DNA of 64,000 nt, taken from contig NW_026250404.1 in assembly GCF_024521635.1 (NCBI RefSeq), forward strand, positions 1 to 64,000, given 5' to 3'. A model generated the notes under the pieces. The model was not told the origin of the DNA. It worked only from the letters and a program-made list of their open reading frames with translations, and did not search any database. Of the stretch, positions 9,407-20,342 are shown in pieces. The stretch's first letter is position 1, and each line of letters opens with the position of its first letter. Source of the stretch: Tricharina praecox. Taxonomy: Eukaryota. The position numbers and the translations under genes are program-made.

Positions 9407-9814
9407 GTCGCAGGAGATTGGGGCTGTGTGCAGGAAACAGGGGTAGTGCGGCTGCGCAGGGTATGAGTCACGGAAGTGGGGTACTGGCAAGGTGGATTTC
9501 TCGGGGTCTGGCACACGCCCACGGTCATTGTCAGGTTGCGGGAAGAAGTGGAGGATTTTCTATATAAACGGGCCGTTGCCCCTCTGTATTTAGTTCTTCA
9601 CGCAACAACTTGTTAATTCAACCACTGTTACCTCTGTCCTTGCCTCGGCTGCCGTCTGCGCCGTAGTCCTTGTCCCTGCCTCTGTTCTCAGTTGCCGTCT
9701 GCACTGAGCCCTGCCTCACCTTGTTCCCCGAACCCGTCTCGCCTCTACCGAACCCAGAACCCGTTCCCCAGCCCGACTTCGCTACCTGGAGCCTTGCCCG
9801 ACCGTGCCGTTACA
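9256..9814 (+). repeat. 3' LTR of A2
   Basis: Direct repeat of 3623-4181, preceded by the PPT. Confidence 0.99.
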
Positions 9815-11045
9815 CATGGAGTGGCTCAAGGAAATGCTCAGAACCGGCAAGATCCGCAGTTTGAAGTCCTCCGCAAGTGCTCCCATCCGGTTTACACCAC
9901 AGACACATGAGAGAGGGCTCTGTCTGTGCGTGGACTATTGGGGGACCAATAAGAGCGCGGTTGCCAACTGCTACCCACTCGCCATGATGGCCGAGTTGCA
10001 ATGCTGTGTGCTAGGAGCCAAGGTCCTTACAAACATCGACTTGAAGAAGGGGTACCATTTGATCTGCATCTAGGAAGGCGATGAATCAAAGACTGTGTTC
10101 CGATGTTGTTATGTTCTCTTCAATTTGCTTGTGATGCTTTTTGGGTCAACCAACACACCAGCAACCTTTCAGGACATGATCAAACCCATCTTCCGCCATA
10201 TGGTGGACCTCGGCCTCGTTACATGCAGTGATGACCAGCTCATCTACGCTGAAACGCAAGCGGAGCACGGCCGCATAGTTACCGAGCTATTGCCGCGGCT
10301 AGACAACAACAAGCTGTCAATCTCTGTGGACATTTGCGTGTAGTCAACAAACCGTGTCGGATTCCTACGGCATGTGATATCCCAAGGGAGCAACCCACCA
10401 GATCAATGTGTGGAGTCAACACCAGAACCTTGAGTACTTCACTACCACAAAAGTCCTCAACCCTTACCATACCGACTGCTTGACGCCCGTGAGATCCCAT
10501 ATGCTCCAAAGCAGTCAATTGCGATGGACTTCATCACCGACCTACCCCTATCGGAAGAGTGTGACCAGCTGAGGGTGGTTGTGGACAGGTACACCAAGAT
10601 GGCACACTCCATCCCCCTACCCAAACATGGAAAAACAGTCGCAGACCTTGCGAAAATCTTTGCACGCGAGATATGGCGCTTCCATGGGATACCCTCAGAT
10701 ATTGTATCGGATAGGGACTCGCGGTTCACATCAGGAACCTGGAAGGACTTCACCTGGCTGTCGGGAACCCGGTTCCGCATGTCCACGGCACTCCATCACA
10801 AGACGGACGGACAGACGGTACGCCCGGATCAAACCATTGAAGCTTACCTACGCTCCTTCGTGCATCCCGAACAAGACAACTGGGTCAGCCTACTATCAAT
10901 GATCTAATTTGCATACAACAACTGCACCACCACGGCCACAGGAATGTCGCCATTCTATGCGGACTACGGTTTTCACCCTACTGCCACACGGCCTATTGCC
11001 GTCAAAACGCTCAATCCTGCCAGCACCACCTATACCCACTGGATA
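9815..11045 (+). pseudogene. Family B element B1, right part (RT and integrase, internally deleted, decayed)
   Basis: Resumes EWLKEMLRTGKIR across the A2 insertion; LCVDYWG, MDFITDLPLS, FHGIPSDIVSDRDSRF, KTDGQT; stops present and RNase H not visible. Confidence 0.9.
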
Positions 11046-11155
11046 TGTGATAAAGTACACTGGGAAAGTACTATACCATTCGTCCAAAAGGTATTTAATG
11101 GCGGAAGGCCATCATCCCAGTAGCTACTTAGGGCAAGAATTTCTGAACCGTGACA
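11046..11155 (-). repeat. Isolated terminal repeat of the TRIM-like family (110 bp), no TSD
   Basis: Clear homologue of 17321-17431, 28729-28840 and 29026-29137; TG...CA ends; flanks GGATA and CCCTT do not match. Confidence 0.88.
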
Positions 11156-11351
11156 CCCTTTGCCTCGCCCCATTTTTCCTATTGGGTGCCGTTCGCAGTG
11201 AATTTCATCCCATGAGGAAGACTTTGGTCGTAGTCCCATTCCTTCTTCATATGCGGCTGTTGTTCTCCTGGATCCAAATTCATACGTCATGCAAGCAATG
11301 CATCATGTTTATAGGCACAGTGGTTGGTTGAATCATTGCATGCTCATAGAC
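11156..11351 (-). pseudogene. Probable decayed DDE DNA-transposase fragment
   Basis: One minus-strand frame reads DSTNHCAYKHDALLA*RMNLDPGEQQPHMKKEW...GEAKG, which resembles from memory a widespread fungal transposase motif (D.S.NH....DAL...MNL.PGG.QP.M..GW...G.PKG). Confidence 0.5.
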
Positions 11352-12041
11352 TGTGACACCCCGATAGGTATCGGAGGTCACGACGGTCGCAAGAGATGTG
11401 ATTAGATAGTTCAGGTGATTAGAATAGAGTTGCGAGCCGAGAGGATAGTTAGAAGCGATCGAGGACAAGATAGGAAGGAGGGAGCAAACGGATTCCAGAG
11501 TCTAGACAGTGATCGGAGATGCGGGAGATCGGGATAACAGTCCAGAGGACTTTGCGATCTCCGTTCATACAGCCCCGCAGTAGGAACTCCGATCCAGGGA
11601 AAAACTGTTATGACGAGAGAATCGAACATCAACCGATGGGGGCAGACAACTTCGAGCGAAGAACTCTGCTGGCCCATGAGGGAGATAATTGCTCGGAAAC
11701 TCCGATCTATCTTGGGCGCGTGGTGTTTACCACCTGCCTAACCGGGAAGACTATCCGAAGAGAGCTGACGACGACTCAAGGCTAGGCCGCGGAACTCCGA
11801 TGCAAAGGAAGCAACGGAGCTACGTTAGGCCGCACTCTAGAGAAATCACGTGCTGAGGATCGGAACGACTATAAGGCGAACCGAGCGGGCAACCGAACCA
11901 AACTACAATCATCGCACCGAACAAACTGTCGAAGAAACACCCTTAAGATCATTCCGTTGTGGATTATCGAAATCCCTGACTTTTGTTCTACACTTGATAC
12001 TACCATAGACTCCGACGATGCAAACTCGTTCCAGTCTCACA
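11352..12041 (+). repeat. Family B 5' LTR (690 bp)
   Basis: Homologous to 18355-19043, 14851-15465 and 26534-26993; TG...CA ends. Confidence 0.92.
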
Positions 12042-12043
12042 CT

Positions 12044-12055
12044 ATAATCTTAAGG
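12044..12055 (+). promoter_or_regulatory. Self-priming-type primer binding site of family B
   Basis: ATAATCTTAAGG, 2 nt after the LTR, is complementary to CCTTAAGATCAT at 11941-11952 (11/12) and perfectly complementary to CCTTAAGATTAT in the LTR copy near 26893. Confidence 0.78.
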
Positions 12056-12079
12056 TTACAGTCACCAATTTCTATCGAA

Positions 12080-14083
12080 ATGTCCTCCTCAAACCTCGAC
12101 ATACTCCGCCTCGAACTTCCTCAGACCCTGAGCAATGCGCTCGTTAGCATCCCGCAAGCATCCGAAACCGTCAAAGTACGAAACCCGGCAGCCTGGCTCA
12201 GGCTGATGAACCACCAATACCAAACGGCACAAAGAGACCTGCGCCAAGTTTTCCAAGCATGCGATCAGAAGTTCAACGAAGAGGACTCCCAGATGCAGGA
12301 GATCAGAAGGAGCTACGAACAACTCTGCGATGGGGTCAAGTATGTGTACAACCTCTACGCCCACAATGCCGAAATGAATACAGAATGGCTTCGAACCGAG
12401 CTGTCAACGGTAGCGAACGTGACGCACGCCCTGAGCAGCGACGTATGGGCAGTCATTCGAGAACGTAACCAGAAAGACGAAGACAACCGCGAGCTGCAAA
12501 GCGTCGCAAACGCTCGGCTACAAGACGCCATCGTGTTCCTCGAAACGGCGCAAGTCGAACAACGCAGGGAGCAAGCGGTGTACAACTGCAACGTGGAAAT
12601 ATGGGCAGGGAATCAGGAAGAGAAGGCAGAATACCTCTACAAAGATCAACAGCGAATCAAGGAAAAAATCGTTCGAGCGGAGAAAAAACTGAAGGCTGTA
12701 TAGGTAAGGACAGGAAAGGCGAAGAAAAAAGCCCCAGATTGGGTAAACACCACACCAAGAGGAGGATCGCGGGCAGAAAGATCAGCAACAAGGGAAACTC
12801 CGGCAGGTGCAGGAATGTCCCCTCCTCCTCCACCCCCAAGACGTCCGGTGACTAACCTTGGAGGTGATCCCTCGGATGAGGAACCATCGGATGATGACGG
12901 TTCCATCCCCTTGCCGCGTCGTTGGCCGCCCCATCACCGAAACGCCCCGCGACCAAGAGAAGACGACGAAGACGAGGAGAGTCGCTTCGCTCGGATCATA
13001 GCTGCTGCCGTCTCCGCATCGAACCCGAGGGCCATCAAGCTCAAAATGAAAAAGCCCAAACCATTTGATGGCAAGCAGAGTACAGCCTTCCGTCCATGGT
13101 GGGACTCAGTCGAGGAATATATTGAGTTCCATCCAGAGACAAACGAGCAGCAGAAGATAACGTGGGTGGGACCGCGACTGGAAGGAACAGCGGCAGAATG
13201 GCATCAGGCCCGTCAAAAAAGCCTGAGGCAGCTACACTTGGAAGATACCTGGCAGGCGTACCAAGAGGCACTCAAGGAGGCGTACCGCGACACGCAGGAA
13301 GGAGCGAACGCATTAAGAAGGATGTGGGCCCTCGAATACAAAGGAGACATTCAGGCTTATATGACCTCCTTCCGATCGCTCAACATGATTGCTCGCGCCA
13401 CTGGCGAACCGCTACAAGACATAGTCAACCAGGTCATGACCACCGACATCATCGACATCTGCTTCAACGAGCACACCGAACCCTACGAAGACGATGAAGA
13501 CTTCCTGGAAACGGTGCTCAGGGCTGGCAACCATATGGAACGACAGGACGCGCTGAATAGGGCAAGGGCAATGAGGAAAGGGGGATCGGGTAGCCAGGGT
13601 TCCGGCGGCGACCGGAAGGGATCTGGCAACACCCGGCGGGGCCAAGGAAAGGGCAGAGACCCCGGGGGCCGCAAGGAAACCGGGGAGTCCCTGGAGGGCC
13701 GAAAGGCCAAGGAAGCAACAGGGGTCAGGAAGGGAAGGACAAGGGAAGGAGACATCTACGCAGGAGCAAAGGAGGCTCTGGTAGGGGTTCCCCAGAAGGA
13801 GATCGATGCCCACAAAGCATCCAAGTGCGACTGTTGGCGTTGCGGACGGGACGGCCACCGAACCTTCCAATGCTGCGCTAGAAAAACAGTCGCTGGTACC
13901 GAGCTCCCCGAGAGTCCAAAGGTGTCATCCGTGACAAAGAGAAAGCGGGACACCCAGGATGCCAAACCCACTCGACCGAGGTCCAAGCAACACAAGGCTG
14001 CGGCGGTTGTGGTGGAGGATGAAGCAATGACGGAGGCCCCTCCATTCTGGGAAAGGAATGAGAGTGAGCCGGAGGATTTTTGA
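12080..14083 (+). pseudogene. gag: Family B Gag (~667 codons) with a long helical N-terminal extension; one in-frame TAG at 12701-12703
   Basis: ORFs 11957-12703 and 12815-14083 are in the same frame and the gap between them is open; PKPFDG capsid-type motif; knuckle CWRCGRDGHRTFQC. Confidence 0.85.
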
Positions 14084-14850
14084 GCGGCCCCAGCACTCCG
14101 CAGACTGGACGGCCAAGTGTATATGTTTGCGGAACGAAGAGACCACGGCCTCAGGATATCGACAGCGAATCCAGAGATAAGCGAAGACGAACGGACCAAC
14201 CTATTTCTACGAGTCCAACCGCGCCGAGCGCCTCAGGGTGTGAACCCCCAAAACCTGTCAGGGGACCACGACCAATCATAGAAATGGTGCTCCTCTGGTC
14301 TGAGCACAAGCGACGCCGGATCCGAGCACTCCTCGACACAGGATGTGCCATACCGATCATCAAACGAAGCCTTGCACGAGAACTTGGGTTGCCCCTCATT
14401 CAACGGACCAAGCCGGTGGAAATCAAGGACTTCCACGGAACTATAGTGGAAGGAGCCGGGGAACATTATACCATGCCGATGCTCCTCCAACACCGGAGGC
14501 ACTACACCAACGAAACCTTCGAAGTGGCCCCCTTGGACGACTGCGATGCCTACCTCCCGTATTGGTGGATGGCTAAGCATTAACTGACAGGGTTCTGGGA
14601 GAATGAAGCACAGAAAATTCGCTTCACCAGCACCCGATGCAAGGAACAATGCACCTTGCAACAAGCAACCAGCTTTCCGATTGAACTTGACACGTCTGTC
14701 GTTCATAATTCGGAGGCTCGCATCATCCGATACGTCTCAGCTGGCCCGGAATCAGATCCACCCATAAATCTCCTTCCGGAGAAGTTGAGACGATATGCCA
14801 ACATCATGAGCAAGGAAGCAGCCGGTAAGCTTCCCGGCCACAAGTCCTAT
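14074..14850 (+). pseudogene. pol: Family B pol start (protease) in the -1 frame, with a TAA at 14581-14583
   Basis: IRALLDTGCAIPII; G GAT TTT heptamer at 14074-14080, immediately before the gag stop. Confidence 0.85.
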
Positions 14851-15465
14851 AATTCACAACGGAATAATCTCAAGGGTGTTTCTTCGATGGTTGGTTCAGT
14901 GCGATGATTTGTGTTTTGGTTTGGTTGCCCGCTTGGTTCGACTTATAATCGTCCCGATCCTCAGCACGTGATTCCTCTAGAGTGCGGCCTAACGTAGCTC
15001 CGTTGCTTCCTTTGTATCAGGGTTCCGTGGCCTAGCCTTGAGCCGCCGTCAGCTCTCTTCGGATAGTCTTCTGGACTAGGCAGGTGGTAAACCACACGCG
15101 CGCAAGATAGATAGAAGTTTCCGAGCGATTATCTCCCTCATGCGCCGGCAGAGTTCCTCGCTCGAATTTCTCTGCCGCCATAGGTCGATGTTTGATTCTC
15201 CCGTCATAACAGTTTTTCCCTGGATCGGAGTTCCTACTGCAGGGCCCTATGAACGGAGATCGCAAAGTCCTCTGGAATGTTATCCCGATCACCCGCATCT
15301 CCGATCACTGTCTGGACTCTGGAACCCGTTTGCTTCCTCCTTCCTATCTTGTCCTTGATCGTTTCTCACTATTCTTTCGGCTCGCAACTCTATTCTAATC
15401 ACCCGGACTATCCAATCACATCTCTTGCGACCGTCGTGACCTCCGATACCTATCGGGGTATGACT
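14851..15465 (-). repeat. Family B LTR, truncated
   Basis: Reverse-complement similarity to 11352-11966. Confidence 0.88.
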
Positions 15466-15925
15466 GCCACGATGTTGCTGGCCCCCGCGCTTACCGCTGG
15501 CTCTTCCTGAGCTGCTTTTGACGGTAGAGTATGGGTACATAGTACGGTCGTGTCGGTGGTGATTCCATGCGAACTGTGGGCACCGCATTGCAGTTGGCTG
15601 TACAGCATTGGGAGCCGAAGGTGACGGTCCGTGAGCTGAACCGGATGGCCACATTGTGGAGGTCCATCCAGAGGATTCTGAGTACAACGGAACAGTGTCC
15701 TAGTTTGGTGACAAACATGGGGATTTCTTCGTGGTGTTCCTGTATGGACAGGGTGGTGGTGGCAACATGTGTGATGTCACCTGACTCGATGGGACGGCCA
15801 TCGATGACTTCGAGACTTTGCGGGGATTTCAGGGGTACGAGGGGTAGGTTGTGATGGCCGGCAAAGTCTTTGTCTACAAATGCAATTCCAGTTGCACCAT
15901 AGTCAATCAGCGCATGCGTGGCAAT
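15466..15925 (-). pseudogene. Family A protease fragment
   Basis: Reverse-complement match to about 5594-6054 (ATHALID, MFVTKLGH, WMDLH). Confidence 0.9.
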
Positions 15926-18354
15926 TGTTAAGATTCCTTGCTAAAGCGTCTGTAAATGTTGGCGAACCCAAGAAAGGCTTAGACTCCCTTCAATGAACGT
16001 AGTGGTTCCCAGCTGGGACGGATTTCGTCTTGCCCTTCGCCGTCTCAATTCCAACTTGGGATATGGCATATCCTAGGAATTTCACACGGTTTGTTGACGA
16101 CAAGCAAATGTCCACAGAGATTGCCGGCTTGTGCTTCTCTAGCTGCTGTAATACCTCGGTGACTATGCGGTCGTGATCCCGTTGCATGTCAGCATAGATG
16201 AGAAGGTCATCAATGTATGCAACGAGGCCAAGGTGCAGCATATGGCGGAATATGTGGTTGATCATAGCCTGCAAGGTTGCTGGTGCGTTTGTCAACCCAA
16301 AGGGCATGACCAGCGATAAGAAGAGATCGCAACGACATCAGAACACAGTCTTCCATTCATCGCCTTCCTTGATGCAGATCATATGGTGCCTGTTCTTCAA
16401 GTCAATGTTTGTGAAGAACTTGGCTCCTCGCACACAGTCTTGCAACTCGGCCATCATGGGGACTGGGTAGCGGTTGGCGAACGTGGTCTTATTGATCCCC
16501 CAATAGTGCTCACACAGACTGAGCCCTCTCCCATGTGTCTTTAGTACACCCATGATGGGTGCGCCTGCAGAGGACTTCGAACGGCGGATCTTGCCGGTTC
16601 TGAGCATTTCCTTGAGCCACTCCGTGAGTGCCTGATGTACTATCTCAGAAAGACCGTACATGGGGCCCCATGGTTGAACTCCTGCTTCTTTCAGATCGAA
16701 TGCGTGATCACACGGCTTGTGATCACGCAACTTATCCGTAGCTTCCTGTTCCCTGAGGCCGGCAAATTGTCTGAACTTCTGGGGTACCAAGGCCAGTGGG
16801 TCTTCTGAGGTTGCATCTGTTGAGACACAGCCAATAATGGGAGCTTCGGAGTTGTGCACCACAGAGATGTCCAGTTCAATTGGAAAGCTCGTTGCTTAGT
16901 ACCGGGTGCAGTGTTCCTTGCACCTTGTGCTGTCAAAGCGCATGCTCCTGCCTTCGCTTGTCCAGAACCTGGACGCTTGGTGTTTTGGCATCCATTAACA
17001 GGGAAGGTAGATATCACAATCGTCCAGTGGAGCAATCTCAAAAGTTTCGGTGGAGGAATGCGTTCGGTGCTGGAGACTCATTGGCATTGCGTACTATTTG
17101 CCAGCGCCTTTGACAATGGTTCCATGGAGGTTATTGATCTCAATTGGGTTAGGACGCTGCATGAGGGGCAGTCTCAACTTCTTTGCAAGACGTCCATTGA
17201 TGATTGGAATGGAGCATCCTGTATCCAGGAGCACAGAAATCCGGTCGTGTTTACCCTCGGGCCTCAGAAGCAACATGTCTAAGATGGGCCGTGGTCCAAT
17301 GGTGGGGGTAGGGGGCTCGCTGTAATAAAGGACACTGGGAAAGTACTATACCACTTGACCAAAAGGTATTTTGATGGCTGAAGGCCATCATCCCAGTAGC
17401 TACTCAAGGCCAGGATTTCTGAACTGTGACACTCGCACCCGCTGCGCCCGGCGCGATTGGCCTTGTAGAAATAGGTTGGTGCGCCCGTCTTTGTGTTTCC
17501 CTGGTACCACTAGCTGGTACCTGGGGCGGCGATCTCTTCATACTGGGACATATACTGGTGGCTGCCCAACCTGCGGTATGTTGGGGCCCACTAAAAATCC
17601 TCCGGCTGACTCGAACTCTCTTCCCATAACTCAGAAGACTCCCTCATGTGGATGTCGCCCACTCTGAAAAGTCCCGGATTCTGTGAGAACCTCATGGTGA
17701 GGATATCCACCGGCATCGCTTCGTCCACCACGTGTTGGAGCGTCTCTGCAGTTGCATTTGCCAGTAGGCTCAGGGCTTGGAATGTATTAAGGTATGACTT
17801 GATGTTTTTCTTATACATCAAGCCCAACATGTTGTTGAGAGCATCTGCACCTTCCCTCAAGTCTCGAGGTTCTTCTTGGATATCATCCTGGTAGGCTTGC
17901 CAATTGTCCAGTCCGCGTAGGATACCTCATGGTACTTAATGCCAGACATGGGCTTCGTGGGTCAACAGGGTTCCCACCCAGGCAATACGTTGGACATCGT
18001 CGATGTTCGGATATGAGTCTAGCTATTTTGTCACAGTATCCCACCACGGTCACGAAGGTGTGGTTGGTTTACCATCACAGTCGTTAAGGTGACGCTTAGA
18101 TACAGCTTGTTAACCCCTCGGTTTGCCGACATGAGGTTTTCAGCCATGAAGGGGATAAAGCATTGTGCTTGGTCCTCGTAATCAGTATCCCTGTGGGGAG
18201 CGGAGTGGCCTCCGCGGCGAGCAGACGAGGCTCTTGTAGGAGGTTCTTCATTGTCATAGAATTCGTGATTCAAGTGGTGACCTCCGAGGTTAGCAGCTGG
18301 ATTATTCAGAGGCGGAGAAGTGGGAATCATTCGCGAACCACCAACATCCCTTAC
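15926..18354 (-). pseudogene. Family B internal region (partial gag, protease, RT), decayed
   Basis: [21 protein letters not shown], gag end SQPEDF*; contains the uninterrupted HQALTEWLK site. Confidence 0.9.
17321..17431 (-). mobile_element. Solo terminal repeat of the TRIM-like family (111 bp) with perfect 5-bp TSD
   Basis: TGTAATAAAG...CTGTGACA flanked by CTCGC at 17316-17320 and 17432-17436. Confidence 0.92.
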
Positions 18355-19140
18355 TGTGAGACTGAAACGAGTTCAGGTCTTCGGAGTCCATGGTATTATT
18401 GAGTATAGAATAAAAGTGAGGGATTTCGATGATTGACAACAGAATAATCTTGAAGGTGTTTCTTCGATGGTTGTTCGGTGCGACAATCTGTGTTCGGTTC
18501 GGTTGCCCGCTAAATTCGACACCTATAGCCGTCCCGATGCTCGGCACATGATTCATCTAGAGTGCGGCCTGATGCGGCTCTGTTGCTTCCTTTGCATCAG
18601 AGTTCACTGCGGCCTAGCCTTGAGTTGTCAGCTCTCTTCGGATAGTCTTGTCAACTAGGCAGGTGGTGAACACCACGCGCCCGAGATAGATCCGAGTTCC
18701 GGAGTAATTTTTTTAAAATGCAATGGCAAAGCTCTTCGCTTGAAGTTTTTGGTCCCCATAAATCGATGTTTGATTCTCTCGTCATAACAGTTTTTCTTTG
18801 ATCGGAGTTCCTACTGCGGGGCCGTATGATCGGTGATCTCAAAGCCCTCTGGGCTGTTACCATGATCACCTGCATCTCCGATCACTGTCTAGACTGTGGA
18901 ATCCGTTTGCTCTTCTCCTTCCCAACTTGTCCTCCCTCGCTTCTAACTATGCCTTCAGCTCGCAACTTGATTCTGATTACCCGGACTATTTGATCACATG
19001 TCTTACGACCGTCGTGATTCCTGATACCTACCGGGCTGTCACACCATCTCCCCTCCCACGAGGCTTCGGCCCGAAGCGCCCAAGTCTACGCCTTTATCCT
19101 AACCTGATAACTGTGGATGAAGTCCTCCATCCCCTTCATC
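18355..19140 (-). mobile_element. Family B 3' LTR (18355-19043) with PPT and element 3' tail
   Basis: 689-bp homologue of 11352-12041, preceded on the minus strand by the purine tract GGGAGGGGAGA (19047-19057). Confidence 0.85.
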
Positions 19141-19184
19141 CTACCACCTGCCCAAGTTCGAGAAAACCAGACGGGAAAAAATGG

Positions 19185-20342
19185 GGGTACCGTTGATGGA
19201 AGCCGTCCACCGCTTGTACCTCGGTAAGGTTCTCTTTTGGTTCCCATGTTGGTGCCGCGTAGCCTCTCCGTTTCACCAGGTACTGGAGTTTGCCCCTGAG
19301 GTGCCGGCTGTCGAGAGCCTTTTCAACCTCCCATTCTTCTTGGTCGTCCACAATTGACGGAAGTGGTGGCAGTGGAATTTGTCCAGGGAAGGGATCGGTG
19401 CTTCTGAACGGTGTCTGGGATGAGCAATTCGTAGGCGTGAGTTCCGATTGTCCGAATCACGCGGTCGGGACCATGGTGTTTGTTTTCCAGCTTGCGACTG
19501 TCGGTCAGAGTCCTCCTGTTTCCTGCCTGGGCATCCCGCATTTGACTGCGGGCAAGGTCGTGGATTTGATGCAACCGTTCCGCTGCAGTATAAGCTTGAT
19601 GTTCCTCCTTGGTGTGGACACGGATATCCAGCTCAATGTCACACCGCGGGTGGTATCCTAGGTTAGCGAAGAATGGGGACAGGGTAGCCGTGTCGGAGAC
19701 CTGGTTGTCACCAGCGAATTCGGCCAAGAACAGGTGGTCGACCCAGTCATCCTGGAGGTAGCTGACGTACGCGCGGAGGTGCTGTTACATGATGGCGTTC
19801 ATCCGTTCGGTTTGGCCATCAGTCTGGCGGTGGAAGGCAGTGGACAGGCACGGCTCGATCTTGAGGCATGAACATCGTTGTTTCCAGAATCTGGAGGCAC
19901 ACTGGAGACCCCTATCCGGGACGATGGTTTCTGGCAACCCGTGGTACCTGAAGATCCGGTCGCAGAAGAGCTCGGCCAGTCCTTCCGAGGTGATGGTCGT
20001 GGTACATGGTAGGAGATGGCGTTGCTTGGTCAGTCGGTCAACAAAAACACAGACCGCGTCAAACCCATTTGTGGCCGGTAGGCCAGTGACAGAAATCGAC
20101 TGAGATGTGTTGCCATGGCTTCTCGGGTACTGGGAGGGGGCGCAGGGCACCATAGGGTGCGTGCCGGGTGGCCTTGGTTCGCCGGCAGGTGTGGCAGTTT
20201 CAGACAAACTGGTCAACGTCCTGTCGGATCTGTTGCCAGTTGTACCTCCGAGCCAGTAGTTCCAGCGTTTTCGCGCGCCCTGGGTGCCCCATGGTCGGTG
20301 GGCCGTGGTGGTCCTGAATCAGTCATAGTTGGAGTCGGTCGT
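19185..20342 (-). pseudogene. Family A integrase-chromodomain fragment, decayed
   Basis: VDRLTKQRH, QTDGQTERMN, EWEVEKALDSR; indels and stops relative to A2. Confidence 0.92.

Larger units (their letters stand above)
3623..9814 (+). mobile_element. Family A Ty3/Gypsy chromovirus, full-length apparently intact copy A2 (6,192 bp)
   Basis: Two 559-bp LTRs differing at 4 positions by eye; TSD CACGG (3618-3622) / CATGG (9815-9819); open gag and pol; PPT AGGAGGGA at 9244-9251. Confidence 0.99.
11352..14850 (+). mobile_element. Family B gypsy element B2: 5' LTR, gag, protease; truncated at the 3' end
   Basis: LTR TGTGACA...TCTCACA (11352-12041), followed by gag with CCHC and protease ALLDTGC; sequence breaks off at about 14850. 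Confidence 0.92.
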
